Source of the DNA: Rhizodiscina lignyota | Taxonomy: Eukaryota | Assembly: GCA_010015805.1 (NCBI GenBank) | Contig: ML978121.1 | Location: forward strand, 1,116,001 to 1,180,000 | Direction: 5' to 3' | Length of the DNA stretch: 64,000 nt | Shown here: in pieces, positions 36,840 through 50,936 of the stretch | How the letters are laid out: each line of letters starts with the position of its first letter | Position numbering within the stretch: the stretch's first letter is position 1 | Translations under genes and position numbers: made by a program | The notes under the pieces: generated by a model | Told to the model about the DNA's origin: nothing | Seen by the model: only the letters and a program-made list of their open reading frames with translations | The model's database searches: none

Positions 36840-38021
36840 TGTGTTTATTCTCTTTTCTCCAGCTAAAAGCTGTTTGTTAGGCAAAGAGTGCCATATTTAA
36901 GAGTCGCTGGAATGAAATGATTCGAAATGATATCATATTCCTAACAGGGATATGTACTGCTGGGTCCCCTTGGATGCTCGAAAAAACACAGCGAAAGGAA
37001 CGGAACCTGGAGAGGATACAGAGACTGAAAGAAAATATCGTGCAAATAGAGTACATAGTTCGTCTTGCATTTCAATCCCTTAAAGGGAGGATTAGTGGTT
37101 CAATTTACGACTAAGGAGACATGGAGGTCTCATAAGGGGTCAACCAAGTTAGAGGCTAAGCCTACCGAGGTTTAGGTGCGGGCCACCCAGAGCTTTGGTG
37201 CACGGCACGCCGCCAAGGGAGTCGTAAATAACGATCAAAGGTGAGCAACTCTTACAAGTCAAGGTAAGCAAGACAATCTTTGAAAGCTCACTTGCACCTT
37301 TTTAGAGTATATTGAACAATAGTGAGCTGTTGAAAAACTTGCATACTTCATTCATTGCAGAGACTATATATTATTGCCGTTCGTGTCTTGAAAGTTGCGC
37401 CAAACTCTTTTGTCGCCCTCGAGGCGGTCTGCAACACCCGTGCTGATAACTGGGCTTGAGCATGTCCTCCGCTTGGAACAAATCGATTGCCTATTACTGA
37501 ACTCTCCATTCTATCGCCACCGCCGTATCCGTTCCTTGGGTCTGCTGCCGGGGCATCCTCCACTGGCGGTTATGGAATCGGTAGACGAAAATGGTGGTGA
37601 GAGGGGCATGGCTTGAAGGTACTCGTGAACTCTAGTAACGAAAATGAAAGACCACTATCATCTGACGATGATCAGATTCGGGCGATGATGGTAGCGGACA
37701 GCTGAGAGGGACCGATGAGCGTACAGAAGGAAGAGGAGAACATTGAACAGATTGGATGATCGGATCGACATGTGAAAGGTGAGACAATAGATGCTCCTAC
37801 GATGACTTTACGCTAAAGCAACGTAACTAGAAGGTAGGCAGGGGAAGCAAAATCCCTCCCTAACTCTTGCATTGTCGGCCAGCTCTATCGTTTGATCATT
37901 TTAAACCGTCGTGTTTTCTTTGCAAAAGCCGGAACATAGTCCGATTTATATTAGCTGAGTACATCGCGCCTTGATCATTCTTTAATGCACCTCCGCTAGA
38001 GGACGGAGGACAGCTGAGTGA

Positions 38022-39691
38022 CTAGTGAGCCCCATTAGCACCGTTAGCAGTCAGTTTTGCCACGCCATTCATGATTTTCTCAACTTCCTCCTTGTGAGAT
38101 GAAAAGTTGTCCACAAGATTATCCCACATTGATGGCTCATGCTCGTGTTTCTTCTTCGAATTCCAAGCATAATCGGTAATAGTGAACGGTCTGCTGCTCT
38201 CCATCATAAAAGCGATCGAGCCATGTGAGATCTGCATCGGAGGCGGCGCTTCTTTGGTAGCCGCAGTGAACTGCTCGTATGCCACTCCATGTGGTACCAT
38301 TCCACACTCAAACGAGATACTCCCGGGCTGGAACTCGTCGGAACGTCCACCGTAATCGCCGTAGATCAAACCCATCAGCTCGGACGCGATGTTGCGGTGG
38401 TAGTAAGGCGGTCGATACGTGTTTGAAGCAACGTCCCAGCGGGGGGAGAAGATGAGGAAGTCTGCAAGCGGCGCAGTCGGATCGCGGGACTTGGCCGTCA
38501 AGACGCAGAATATCGAGGGGTCGATGTGGTCTACAGAAATAGATCCGACGTTGACGAACTTGGTTAGGTCGTACTTGAAGGGTACGTAGTTTCCATGCCA
38601 CGCCACAACGTCGAATGGACAGTGCCGCTGAGTGCTCTTGAAGAACTTGCCCCCGAGTTTGTAAACGATTTCCCATGGATCGTCTTTCGTGACTTCGTAC
38701 GTGGCTACGGGGTGGAGAAAGTCTCGAGTGTTCGCAAGTCCATTCGCTCCAAGTGGTCCCAATTCGGGCACGTCAAAGTTCGAGCCCCATACCTCGAGGA
38801 TATAACCCCTTGTCGGGCCCTCGACCTTGACTTTGAATCGCGAGCCGCGCTGGATGACGAAGATTTCTCCGGGCTGGACGTATAAGTGTCCAAACTCAGT
38901 CTGAATGTCCAACGCTCCCTGCTGCGCAACGATGAGAAAATCACCATCCGAGTTGACGAACGCACGCTTCTCCATGGACTTGTTGCACAAAAAGACGTGA
39001 ACCGCAAGCCCTTCCCTCAAAGTCGGGTCTCCCGAGCCAGCAACAGTCTTGAGACCGGAAACAAAGTCGACGTCCTCACCTTCCGCTGGAGTGTCGAATG
39101 GTGTCCAGGCGAGTTGAGTAGGTGATATATGCACCTTCGGATTGAGTGGGAGGAAGTTGGATTCCATGTCTTGGTTGTCGGGGAGATCAGTCTAAGCGTC
39201 TCGTTAGCAGTCAGGCCATAAGGATTCTCTCGAGGTCCTTTACGAAGCCTTGGTGAGCAACAGCAGGCCGTGCTCTGTAGAGCCAAGCATTCTTATTTGC
39301 GTTACGTGGAGCAACAAAGGCAGAAGCTGTCATTTGCTCTGTATAGAGACCGAAGCGCGCCTTTCTTGGATTGTTCTGACCCCGAGGAATTGTGCCAGGT
39401 ATGGCCTCAGACTCAAAATGGTTGCCTGGTAAATTAGAAAGGTGTTAATGCTCCTACGTAAGTAAACGTGCTTCCATACCTAGGCCGGCCATGTATTCGT
39501 AGGGATCATTGCGTCTCGTAGCGAATGTTGGAATAGATCCATCTAGAGCAATAAGATTAGAGAAAATTCCGCGTTGCATTGAAGACAGCTCGGATTGCCA
39601 GAAGGCCAGAAAAATCTCTCAAACCTTTTTGTGTGTCGGTCCAATGGAAAATATCTTGGTACTCCTTCGGGTTTGACAATTGGGTTGGCAT
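38022..39691 (-). CDS. Homogentisate 1,2-dioxygenase
   Basis: Spliced over 3 introns: DPYEYMAGLGNHFESEAIPGTIPRGQNNP...GLYTEQ...WLYRARPAVAH, GPLGANGLAN, PFDVVAWHGNYVP, DHIDPSIFCVLT, RPPYYHRNIASELMGLI, PHG. Confidence 0.93.
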
Positions 39692-40139
39692 GATGGCTGT
39701 CGAATACTGGCTGCGAAGACAATGGAGACAAACGCGTGAGAAGTTGTAAGAAATCTACCAAATGCAAGAAAACGGAGTAATATAAAGCTTCAATCCCATC
39801 TGAGCATCCCCGACAGGTGCGGGGCGAGTCAGTAGCATGATCGTCATGTTGCAAGCTCCATCTTAGCAGTCACCCACGTTAGACGCAACTGCCGAACGAA
39901 GGGTGTCGACGCGACACGCCACACCTTCGTTGTGAGAGGGGCATATGAAGCCAATCGGGCTTCATTTTTGGCCCCGACCGCGAGTCGATATATTCAGCCC
40001 TTGTGCATGGCATCCTGCGTCGTGGTGGAGGGTTTCTCACGTGATGTCTTGGCGGTGCAGATGCCAAGCATCGTCGTAGAGCTGCCTATCGAAAGCTCAT
40101 CATACCGTGCAACGCAGTTACACCACCATTACCGCCAAC

Positions 40140-42811
40140 ATGGCGCCTCATCAGGACACTTTGTTCCGCTCTGCGGACATGTCCTTGACCCAGCTCTACA
40201 TCGCCAATGAAATTGGCCGCGAGGTCGTCAGTGCGTTGGGCGAGCTGGGCGTCATGGACTTCCGCGACCTGAACGAGTCTACATCAGCCTTCCAGAGGAC
40301 CTTTACACAAGAAATCAGACGCCTGGATAACATCGAGAGACAATTGCGCTATTTCCACGCCCAGATGGACAAGGCATCGATTCCGATGAGGTCAATTTAC
40401 GAGTTCGACGATGCGAATACCTTGGCTGCAACATCCGCTTCGGAGATTGACGAGCTAGGTGATCGTAGTCAGAGCTTGGAGAATCGTGTTTCCTCTCTAA
40501 ATGAGAGTTATGAGACTTTGAAAAAGCGTGAAGTTGAGCTCACAGAGTGGCGATGGGTGCTACGAGAAGCGGGTGGCTTCTTCGACCGGGTAGAGCTCAC
40601 CACGCTACCACTACAATAAATATGCTAATAGCCCATGTAGGCTCGCGGCCAAACAGACGAAATTCGTCAGTCGATCGACAACGATGATGCACCACTCCTT
40701 CGTGACGTTGAACAACATGCACCTCAGGAGGAAACCGAACGATCCTTCTCCGTCATGAATATAGGCTTCGTTGCCGGTGTGATTCCCCGCGAGCGCATTG
40801 CAGCTTTCGAACGTATTCTCTGGCGTACACTCCGTGGCAATCTGTACATGAATCAGTCGGAAATCTCTGAACCCATCATCAACCCCGAGAACAATGAGGA
40901 GATAAACAAGAACGTCTTCGTCATATTCGCCCACGGCAAGGAGATCATCGCAAAGATTCGGAAGATATCCGAATCTCTGGGAGCGGACCTGTATAGTGTC
41001 GACGAGAATAGCGATCTCCGACGGGACCAAATTCACGAGGTCAACACGAGACTGGACGATTTGAAGAGCGTGCTCAGGAACACGAAGCAGACGCTGGATG
41101 CTGAGCTGACAGCTATTGGACGAAGCTTGGCAGCATGGATGGTCATTATCAAGAAAGAGAAATCCGTCTACCAGACGTTGAACAAGTTCTCTTACGACCA
41201 GGCCCGCAAGACCCTCATTGCCGAAGCATGGTGTCCCACGAGTTCGCTTGGGCTCATCAAGTCAACGCTCCAAGATGTCAATGACCGCGCGGGCTTATCG
41301 GTACCAACCATCGTCAACCAGATAAAGACGTCGAAGACGCCGCCGACGTATGTCAAGACAAACAAGTTCACTCTTGCCTTCCAAACAATCATCGACGCCT
41401 ACGGTACCGCCAAATACCAGGAGGTCAATCCAGGTCTCCCTACTATCATTACATTTCCCTTCCTTTTCGCTGTCATGTTCGGCGACTTTGGCCACGGTTG
41501 CATCATGACCCTCGCTGCTGTTGCTATGATCTACTGGGAGCGCCCACTTTCTCGCGGCAAGCAAGACGAGCTGTTCGCCATGGCCTTCTACGGACGCTAC
41601 ATCATGCTCATGATGGGCATTTTCTCCATGTACACCGGTCTTATCTACTGCGACGCCTTCTCTAAAGAGCTTGCTATATTCCCATCCATGTGGGAGTGGC
41701 CTGAGGACTTCCAGCCTGGCGAGATGATTGTGGCTACACGGAAAAAGGGCTACACCTATCCATTTGGCATGGACTGGAAGTGGCACGACACCGACAACGA
41801 CCTGCTCTTCTCTAACAGCTACAAGATGAAGCTAAGTATCCTGATGGGCTGGGCACATATGACGTTTTCGCTGTGTTGGTCATTCGTCAACGCCCGCCAT
41901 TTCAAATCTCCCATCGACATTTGGGGCAATTTCTTGCCTGGCATGATCTTCTTCCAATCGATCTTTGGCTACCTGGTTTTTGCCATCATTTACAAATGGT
42001 CCGTTGACTGGTACGCTGTTGGCAAGAGCCCGCCAGGGTTGCTCAATATGCTTATCTACATGTTCCTTCAACCTGGGGACGTTGGCGATACACCACTTTA
42101 CAATGGCCAGGGTACTGTCCAAGTGATCCTGCTTCTTCTGGCTGTTATTTGCGTTCCAATCCTGCTCTTCCTCAAGCCATTGTATCTTCGGCGGGAGCAT
42201 AATAAGGCCCGAGCACTCGGCTACCGGGGCATTGGTGAGACCGCCCGTGTATCTGCTCACGACGACGATGACGAAGACGGTACTCTCAACGGCAATCGCG
42301 AGTCTTTCGCTGACGACGAGGATGGCGTCGCTCTTATCACACAGGACATCGGTGCCGGTGAGGAGCACGAGGAATTCGAGTTCAGCGAGGAAATGATCCA
42401 CCAGGTCATCCACACTATTGAGTTCTGTCTCAACTGCGTCAGTCATACGGCGTCTTATCTTCGTCTCTGGGCGCTCAGTTTGGCGCATCAGCAACTTAGT
42501 ATCGTGCTCTGGGATATGACTCTTAACATCGCCTTCGGCATGTCAGGGGTTGTTGGCATCATTGCTACCGTTTGTCTGTTCTATCTCTGGTTCGTGCTCA
42601 CGGTATTTGTGCTCTGTATCATGGAGGGCACAAGTGCCATGTTGCATTCGCTGAGATTGCATTGGGTCGAGGCGATGAGCAAACATTTCATTGGTGATGG
42701 GGTAAGTGCACCTCGCTATCACTTTCAAAGTACTCATGCTAACGCACTGTGCAGATACCGTTTGAGCCTTTCAGTTTTAAGGTCCTATTAGAAGAGGAAC
42801 CAGTGGAGTAA
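40140..42811 (+). CDS. VPH1: V-type H+-ATPase V0 subunit a
   Basis: LFRSADMSLTQLY, AFERILWRTLRGN, FPFLFAVMFGDFGHG, SHTASYLRLWALSLAH, LHSLRLHWVE. Two introns. Confidence 0.95.
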
Positions 42812-43158
42812 TGGATTTCCAGCAACACATTCGAAGCCATTGTAGATAGATTGTAGCATACACTGTTTCAACTTTCCGTAACTTTGTCAAGCCTTACATG
42901 TGAGCCAGGTGTTGCAGATATCGCAGTTACTCGATAACAAAGAGCCAACAGCTTCATCGCCAATGCCAGTCAAGATTACGATATCTCAAAGCCAACGGAG
43001 AAAGTTCTCCGCGAACCCTCCGGTAAATGTAGTTCTCGATAAGTAAATGACGCATGCCATTTCCTGAAAAGGCTGAAGCAGGTTGAAAGTGTGGATATTG
43101 TGACTTCGAGACGCAGATATGGAGGAGAGCAGACAAGATGATATGCGAAGCCAGAGAT

Positions 43159-46100
43159 TTAAACGATCTCCACGATATCGCCAAATTCTTTCAGGAACCA
43201 TGCCTTGAGGTTGTCAATCTTGGACTGGTCTTTGTTGATATACTGCCTTTCATCAGATTCGTTTCCGTCGTCTACGGTGGCTTTTTCCGGTGGTATCGTC
43301 GACGGAGTGATATTCTCAGCACCCGGAGAGTCAGCTTCCGATAGAGTGTGCTGTGTTTTCGCCTTCTTGCTCGGTCCAGCTTTGAACGGTGTGCTTGGCC
43401 TCTGCGCTCCTCGCTTCAGGGCTCGTCTTGGGCTCCCTTCGGGAGTGGCTGGATCAGGTTGGATTGAGTTCGTGAGAGGATCGCTGCTGGAGTCCGTAAC
43501 AAAAAGGGATCGCTCTTTCTTGGACGCCATTGGCATGTTAATGGTGCGTGGTAGCAAGATCGCAGAGCGGACTTCCGGCGAATTCTCATGTCCAAGCTCA
43601 GTCGGAGCAGTCTCGCGATCGTCGAGGCCTTCCAATTCACCTTCATTTTGCGTAGTGTGACTATTTGACGCAATCATGTCCTGAGAATCGGCTAGGCCAA
43701 CCATGACGTCTTCAAGCAATGAATCGTTGTCTCCAAATCCGTCATCGGCCAGCTCTTCGGCATTTGCTTCTACAACCCCCTTGCTCACATCACCTCCATC
43801 GTCGTCCAGGTCCAATGAATCATCGAAGTCATCTATCATGGTATCGCCGAAAGGGCTTTCAGGCTGTGTATCTCCTCCAGGCGATTTGGCTGGCAGAAAT
43901 GATAGAGTTGGGGCAGTGTCTCCACCGTAAGAGTGTGGAGGCTGTTTGCGAGAGACACTTGTGACAGCCGATGGGGGAGGCCTTTTCTGTGCATTGGAGT
44001 GAAGCTTCTGTAAGCGTTTCAAATCTGGGGGATCGCGTGCAGGACTGCCTCCTTTCTCACTCGTCGCCGTTCCTGCCTTCCGAGTGATTTTCCGGCCTTC
44101 GTCGGGGCAAAGGTCAAGCTGTGCAATTGGAGATGGTGGGGAACACACGGGTGCAGGCATAGGCTTCTTCGCAAAATGGCCTTTGAGGGTTGACTGGACC
44201 TTTGCGGTGTCACTCGATGCCTTAGCTGCGCTTTGAGATGTTTCCTGCGCCGGGTGCTTCTGCGTGGATCCTGATGTCTTGGGCTTCGGTGGCTTCGGTT
44301 TCTTATTCATTCCCTCCTTGCAGCACGCGTGCCCGCATTTGGTCTTGTCCTTGCAACGATGATTGCATTCCCAGTTGCCGTTAGGTAGCTTCTTTGGTTC
44401 CCGCTCATTGTTATCGCTCAAAAGCTGCGCCGCGGATTGGAAGTCCAACTTCGACTTGCCAGAGCCGCGTACCGTATTGTTCTTTGTGCCCACATCAGAG
44501 CTGTCCTCGAAGTCGTCGATGTTGTAATAGCCATCATCATCGCCCTCCACTTGCATAAAGTCTGCATCATCGAGGTCGCCATCTCCGAAGTCATCACTCC
44601 CAGCACGTCTTGAGTTTGCTGTGTCCCCTCGCCGGCACGTTGAAGTTTCGAGGGTGAGAATTGTTTATCCCTGATTTCCTAGGTTCCTTGTTGCCTCGCA
44701 GTTCAGAATCATCAGCGCTCTGAAGTTTTGGGGCTGGAAACATCGAAAGCGGAAGTTTTGGTTGCACCGACGCTTCGCGCATTGTGCCAGCAATGTCATC
44801 ACACATGACATAGCATGTTACACTCTGCGTCGAACTCGTTAAAAGCGCACTAAAGAGGATGTCTTGCCCTTTGTCGAGTTTCTTCGCACTGTGAGGGGTC
44901 AGTGATTGATTCGAATACCAAAAATAATCTACTCAGACTGACCTAATCCGACAGAAATGCAACTTTCGTCCGTCAGACGATTCGGCGAGGAAGCAAACGT
45001 ATACAGCCTTCCTGTTGAATTGGACAGGGACAATTTCGTTAAGGAAGCCAATCTCTGCTTTCATATTCAATATCACGCCCTCATTGCGTTTGCTGACCTG
45101 TGAATTGTCAATACAAGCTTGAAATCAGGCAAAGTGGCATTACTGAATTATGTCCTGCAGAGAGAGAGATACGAAGCTTGGGAAATGCTCGGCACTTGTC
45201 GATTAATTTGGCTCCGAAAGGGGGGTTGCGAGAAACTAGTCCTTCGATTCGATGCGACTCCATCCTCTCCAAGTCTTCGATTGTCTTGATGTTGGCGTTG
45301 ACGAACTTCCGAACGGTGATGGGTCCGATGCCTTCGATCTGCTTCATGTGCAAGGGGGAGTCGTCCCAGACACGGGCACCAAGACTTCTGGCTAGCATCA
45401 GCGCATTCCTTGCCGACACTGGGTCATCGCGCTGAATCTGACAGTCAATGATGCAACGGATTAAACGATGGACATGCTGAAAGATAATGGCAACTTCTGT
45501 GTTGTACTGTGCCCGGTGCTTTCGACTCTTCTCCTCATCAGGGAAGTCAATGCTGCTGAGTACAGTTTGTATGATGAGGGATACCTTGTGCGCAGATAAC
45601 GCAAGGTCCACTGGTATACGGTACCGCATCAAGGGGTTGTCGTTAAGAATCTTGTAGGTTGATTTCTCACCGGCTCGAAATCGTAGCTCCTGGAATTCAG
45701 CGGCTTTGGACAAGGCAGCAAGCTAGTCGTTTAGTAAGTACAGAACGTCGCATTTGGAGTACTCGAACTTACGATGTCAGACACCTTTGCCTTTGGAGGT
45801 AGGTCCATGAAGACTTTCATGGTTGCGAAATTGACATAATATCGTGCCATGGCTCCTCCATACTCTGTTGTCTCCAGCTTCGAGTCTGATGTGACAAGTT
45901 CGTATTCTTGCAGTAGCTCAATATCTCTGTTGCAGATGCGATCGAGTCGTTCGTCGAGGTCGCCGCTCCCAATATCGCCTTCGAGACGATAGTGGTTTTG
46001 GTTTTGCTTCATACGGACGTACAGAAAAGTTCCCGTGAGCCATGTCTTCGCGGAATAGGCATCCGTGATCGTACCTAAGCCGATTTCCGCATTTAGGTGA

Positions 46101-48295
46101 TCAGTTAGATTGAGATGCAGGCAGCTCTCAAGCACCTCTTGGCCGGACACCATCTTTTCGTAGTGACGAACTTTTTCCTGACGGGTCATGATCACAGCGA
46201 CGGCGCTGTCGTCGAACTGCGGGCGCCCAGCCCGTCCGAGCATTTGCATGACCTCGAGATCTGCATATTCTTTCATCCCGACTCCGCCAGCATAGGTGAC
46301 CGTGTTCTTGATGACAACGAAGTGACAGGGCAGATTGACGCCGACGGCAAGGGTCGACGTGCAACAGATAACGCTGACACTGCCTTCAAGGAAAGCAGTC
46401 TCTACAGCGTGGCGATCGGCCAACTCCAGGCCTGCATGGTGAAACGCCACGGCAGAATCAACGCAGTCTTCCGTATGTTAGCATAAGGATTCACGCTACG
46501 TGAACATGATCTCACCCTGCAAATTGGGATCGATCATTTTGATTCGCTTGCGTGGAGCTTCCCAGTAACGCCCCATTGGCGAGGCTTTGGCCCACCACTC
46601 TGCTAGGAGCTTTGCAGTGCTTTGGGTGCCTTGCCTGGTTGCGCAAAAGACCATCACAGGCTTTCGGTGAGAGTATTTAGCGATAACATTTGGCAGCCTA
46701 ATGCAGTGAGCTACGAATTGACAATCCGGAAGCATTTGGGTCTTACTTTTGGCTAAGTGTCTGATCAAAGGCGAAATCATTGCCGTTTGATTGAAATCCG
46801 CACACATGCTTCTGCAACTTCACTGGCCTAAACTCTTCACCGAAACGCTCTCTCACGGCCGGCAGATGCTGATTGTTTGGATCCTTCCCGAGCCAAGTGG
46901 CAATATCTTCTGAGTTTGGCACTGTTGCAGAAAGGGCGACAAATCGAATCTGTGAGCCGATTGACTTCATGCGGGATACGACCGCCTCCAAAGTTGCACC
47001 CCTGGCTTCCTTGAGGATATGAACTTCATCAATGAGGCACAGTCTGACAAGCTGCATCAATTTTTCGTGATCCTTCCACTTTCGAGTCATGCTATCCCAT
47101 TTCTCTGGTGTCGTGATGATAATCGTCGCACTCTGGACGTTCTTCAGGTCCGAAGCATTCGAATCGCCTGTCAGCTCCGCACAATCCAAGCCCAGTGAGC
47201 CGAACTTCTTTTGCCAATCTCGCTGCCTCTCAGCACAAAGCGCTTTGGTGGGTGCTTGGTAGACAATCTTGTACTGGCCTACAGGAAAGATATTGGCTGT
47301 ACGACACACTGCTAGCTCAAGGACGGCAGTTTTGCCACTTCCAGTAGGCGATGACAGGACAAGATTGTCGTTGGACTGAAAGGCAGTCTTGAAAGACTTT
47401 GACTGGATGGCATTGAATACCGGAAATGGAAAGATGGCTCTGAACCGGTCGGGAAGTTCGTGTGTTGACACCAGCTCAATACCTTGGACAAGCATTCGTG
47501 GGGCATGAGGGAGATTGAGCGAGTTTGTGATGCGCTGAGGTACTGTGTCTGCCACATGACGCTCTTCGTCTTCCTGGTAGCGTTCATTAACAGTATTCTC
47601 TTGTGGAAGCTGATGATCGAGGTTGCCGAAGTAATGGTGCCGACGTTCGTTAGCCTTATATGCTGGACTTGAAGCAAGTTCGTTTTGGGAGGAACTGGAA
47701 CGAGCCACTAAGCCACCATCATACGTAAAGTGGCCTATCGAAGTTCAGCAACGTCTACGTCTGTCACATTACAGAGTCACTCACTCGGAGCATATCTAGC
47801 TGGTTCGATCGGTTCTAAGTTATCAGCCTCATCAGCACGACTCTTTCCCAACAAGACCATACCCTTATCGGCGTACCCGTATCTCTTTCCACCCGTTGTG
47901 TAGGCTGAACGAACGAACGTGGAGCAGCTTGAGACGCGGAATGAGGTAGAGTAAGGCGAGCTCGACCCTCTGCAGCCTGTGTGCGACGATCGATAACAGG
48001 CTGCTGCAAGAGCCCAAGGTCTATGCTGGTTACTAGTGAAAAGACAAGCTCTTCAAGTGCACTTACCATATGCGTCGTACTGCATCTCGCCCCCGACAGC
48101 ACTAACATCTTCCATCTGCGGACAGTATGATCCGTATTGCATCTCGGAGTCATCATACTGGGCGTATGCGGTTCCATGACGAACATGAGCTGGCTGGGAA
48201 TGGAAATGACCGCTTTGAGACGCGTAAAGCGCGTTCTGAGGGTGCCCATGACGTGTCGAAACGTCCGCTGGGTAGTGGGGACGTCTTTGCTCCAT
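43159..48295 (-). CDS. MER3: Meiotic DExH DNA helicase Mer3/HFM1
   Basis: FNAIQSK, SSPTGSGKT, DEVH, LSATVPN, FHHAGL, TLAVGVNLP, QMLGRAGRPQFD, a Sec63 domain and the C-terminal CNHRCKDKTKCGHACC zinc finger. Multi-exon; the start is tentative. Confidence 0.9.
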
Positions 48296-48764
48296 CAAAC
48301 GACTTTTACGCGGAGACAATAGAGTACACTTGTAAAACAACAGCCGAGCATACAAATAGCAGCTTATTGAAAACGAAACGGAAGTCAAATGATAATTTTG
48401 ACGATGGCCGTTGAGGGGTGGCGAAAATCGCGGGCTCTTATGCCAAGTCGACACTTCCAAAATGGCTTGTCTGTAGAACGTCACATGTACGTTGAGGCAG
48501 ATTTAGTAAAGGATCTGTAATAATACATAGGTATTCGAACCACATGACGGGTGTTCGCAAGTGGTCTACAGAATCGTGATCTAGGGTTATACTATACCGC
48601 CGGATCCCAAGCGCCTTGCTTCCTCAGCTTTGTGGAGGCAGAGCAGCCAAAACTCTGTTGCTCTTTAATAAATAGCCCGTACGCCATACCTTCTTACAAT
48701 TCGAGTTCTCTTGGATACTCAATTATCATGATGATTTTTCATAAAATCTACTTAGAACGCCAAC

Positions 48765-50141
48765 TCAATCCCTATCTTCCTTCTTGGGTGACCTCAGGGT
48801 AGGCGACAAGGGGCTTTCAGATGACACGCCAATGAAGGCGGTGTTCTCCTCGGGCTCACCGCGTTCTTCTCGGTTTACAGCAGTTTGGATTGGGTCCGGC
48901 TTTCGGTCGGGGCTGCTGTAGAGGTATGTGGCATAAAGAACCACAAGCATTCCGAGGAGAAACTACGAGCAGTCAGGAAAGCAGAAGGTGATTATATCGG
49001 AAAGTACCACTCACATTGACGGTGATGACGAAATCAAACAGCCAAACGCTCGCTAGTAAACTGAGGATGATGCTGATACTGGTTGCGAAATTCTTCGCGA
49101 TGTTGTCTGCATAGTTGACCACCAGAGCCACCACCAACCCGCCAAATGCCTGGAACGTAATTGCCAGCCAGACAACCCAGTTGTAGCCAGCAAAGAAGCC
49201 ATCTCTTGCAATATCTGCTCCGTCTTTGAACAGGACACCAACGAAGAAGGCCGGGAAAAGCGAGTAGAACGAGAGCTGAACGTTACGAACCCACAAAGAG
49301 GAGTTTGAATTGCTGTCTTTGAGTACTTTCTCAAAATATACGCCCGCTAATCCGGAGATCGCACATGCGATGATGACCGCAACGAGACCAATTGACGCAT
49401 TTCCACCCTGTGGCTCGGCAGCATCCCGGGCGTGGTTCTGCTTGCTGCTTGTCGAGGACGAATCACCAGGGGACGGCAGCTGTACGACAGCAACACCAGC
49501 CATCAGCAGAACCAGCGAAATCCATTTCTTCACGCTCAACGACCGATTCAGCATTGTGACGCTAAACAGCGCGGTTGTGAGAATCTTCAGTTGATACGTG
49601 ACCTGGAACGTCGCGGCGTCGAGGTTGCTGACTGCAACATATTGGAGGGTATTTTGGAATGTGTAGAGCCCGGCGGGAATCGCAAGTTTCCAGCTGTCCG
49701 AGGTGAACACGGCTTTCGAGAGGGCGGGGAGGAGTTTTGTTAGGGGCGAGCCAGGCATGGCTTCAGAGGTTTCGCTGAGCGCCATGCCAATGGATACTGC
49801 GAGCTTGAGGACTTCGTTGAGGAACACCGCGGTGGAAGTGAAGTAACGATGACCCCCGACCAAGGGCATTATGCGGGAGTATCGCATAATCTACGTACAC
49901 ATTAATCCCATTAGTGTTTGTACTCGACTTTATGACATTCTCTTAGGACACATTGAAGGAAGGTTATGAGGGGACGGCATACAAGAATGAGGGCGGAATT
50001 CTGGAAAGTGAGCTGCGAGCATGTTAGCATGAAATCGTGTCCTTATTCGAGGCCTCTCTCGACACCCACCGTGACTAGAGAAATGTATTTCAACGGTATG
50101 CCCCCTAGGGACGCCGCACGGCGCGACGTTTCGATCGCCAT
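48765..50141 (-). CDS. UDP-galactose / nucleotide-sugar transporter (Gms1/SLC35A2-like)
   Basis: LKYISLVT, MRYSR, TAVFLNEVLKL, PAGLYTFQNTLQY, TFQVTYQLKILTTA, GVYFEKVLK, SLWVRNVQL, YADNIAKNFATS. Confidence 0.92.
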
Positions 50142-50936
50142 GGTGGAGGTTCTGCGATCGTTTCGGTCCAAATGAGTGCGAGGTGGTGGAGGAAAGGGTT
50201 GAAGGTGGGTTCACGACGTTAAAGGAGCGGAAGCACGCAGGGCGCGAGCAAAGACTCGCTCTGCACCTTTGGTGACACGGAGGGTTATTGAAAGCATGCG
50301 GCGAACGGAGATGAGGATTCAGCTCACAGGGGCGGAGTGACATTCATGCCTGCCAGGCCAAGTACGTGTATTGCTGCACGCTGCGCATCTGCGGCGGCGC
50401 TCGAAATAGCCCCAACTAACCGTAAATGGTGTCTCTAACGGCGCCAGGGGATCTGGCCCTGGATCTCAATATCGATCTACGCCAAGCCTAAATATACATC
50501 GTTCCAAGTGCTTATACCTTGACAATCGCAATACGAGAGCGACAGAGGTGCTGGAAATTACCTTCGTAATACTATGGGCCTACATCACCCGAAGTTCGGT
50601 ACAAACCCCCTGAACTTGTCGCTCAAGGGATACTTGCTCTTTCGTCATGTCCGCAGATGTGGTTTTCACAGGGAGATTATGTTTCCATTTTTTAACGAGT
50701 CTTCTTTAGCAAGATGAAACAACTCCAGCAAAGTAGTTTTGTGAGCCTAGTGTCATTCGACCTAGACGCAGGTCCACACAAAAAGTATTGGCCTTAATAT
50801 ATAAATACAAGCAAGCCGCAATGTACCATAGCTTCGATGCTACGCAAGTTACAAAAGAAAAAAACCCGAAATGCAGAGTAGAACAATCATTTGGTTCCCA
50901 GAGCCTCGGAGCGTCGTCCATGTGAGAGCGTCTTCA

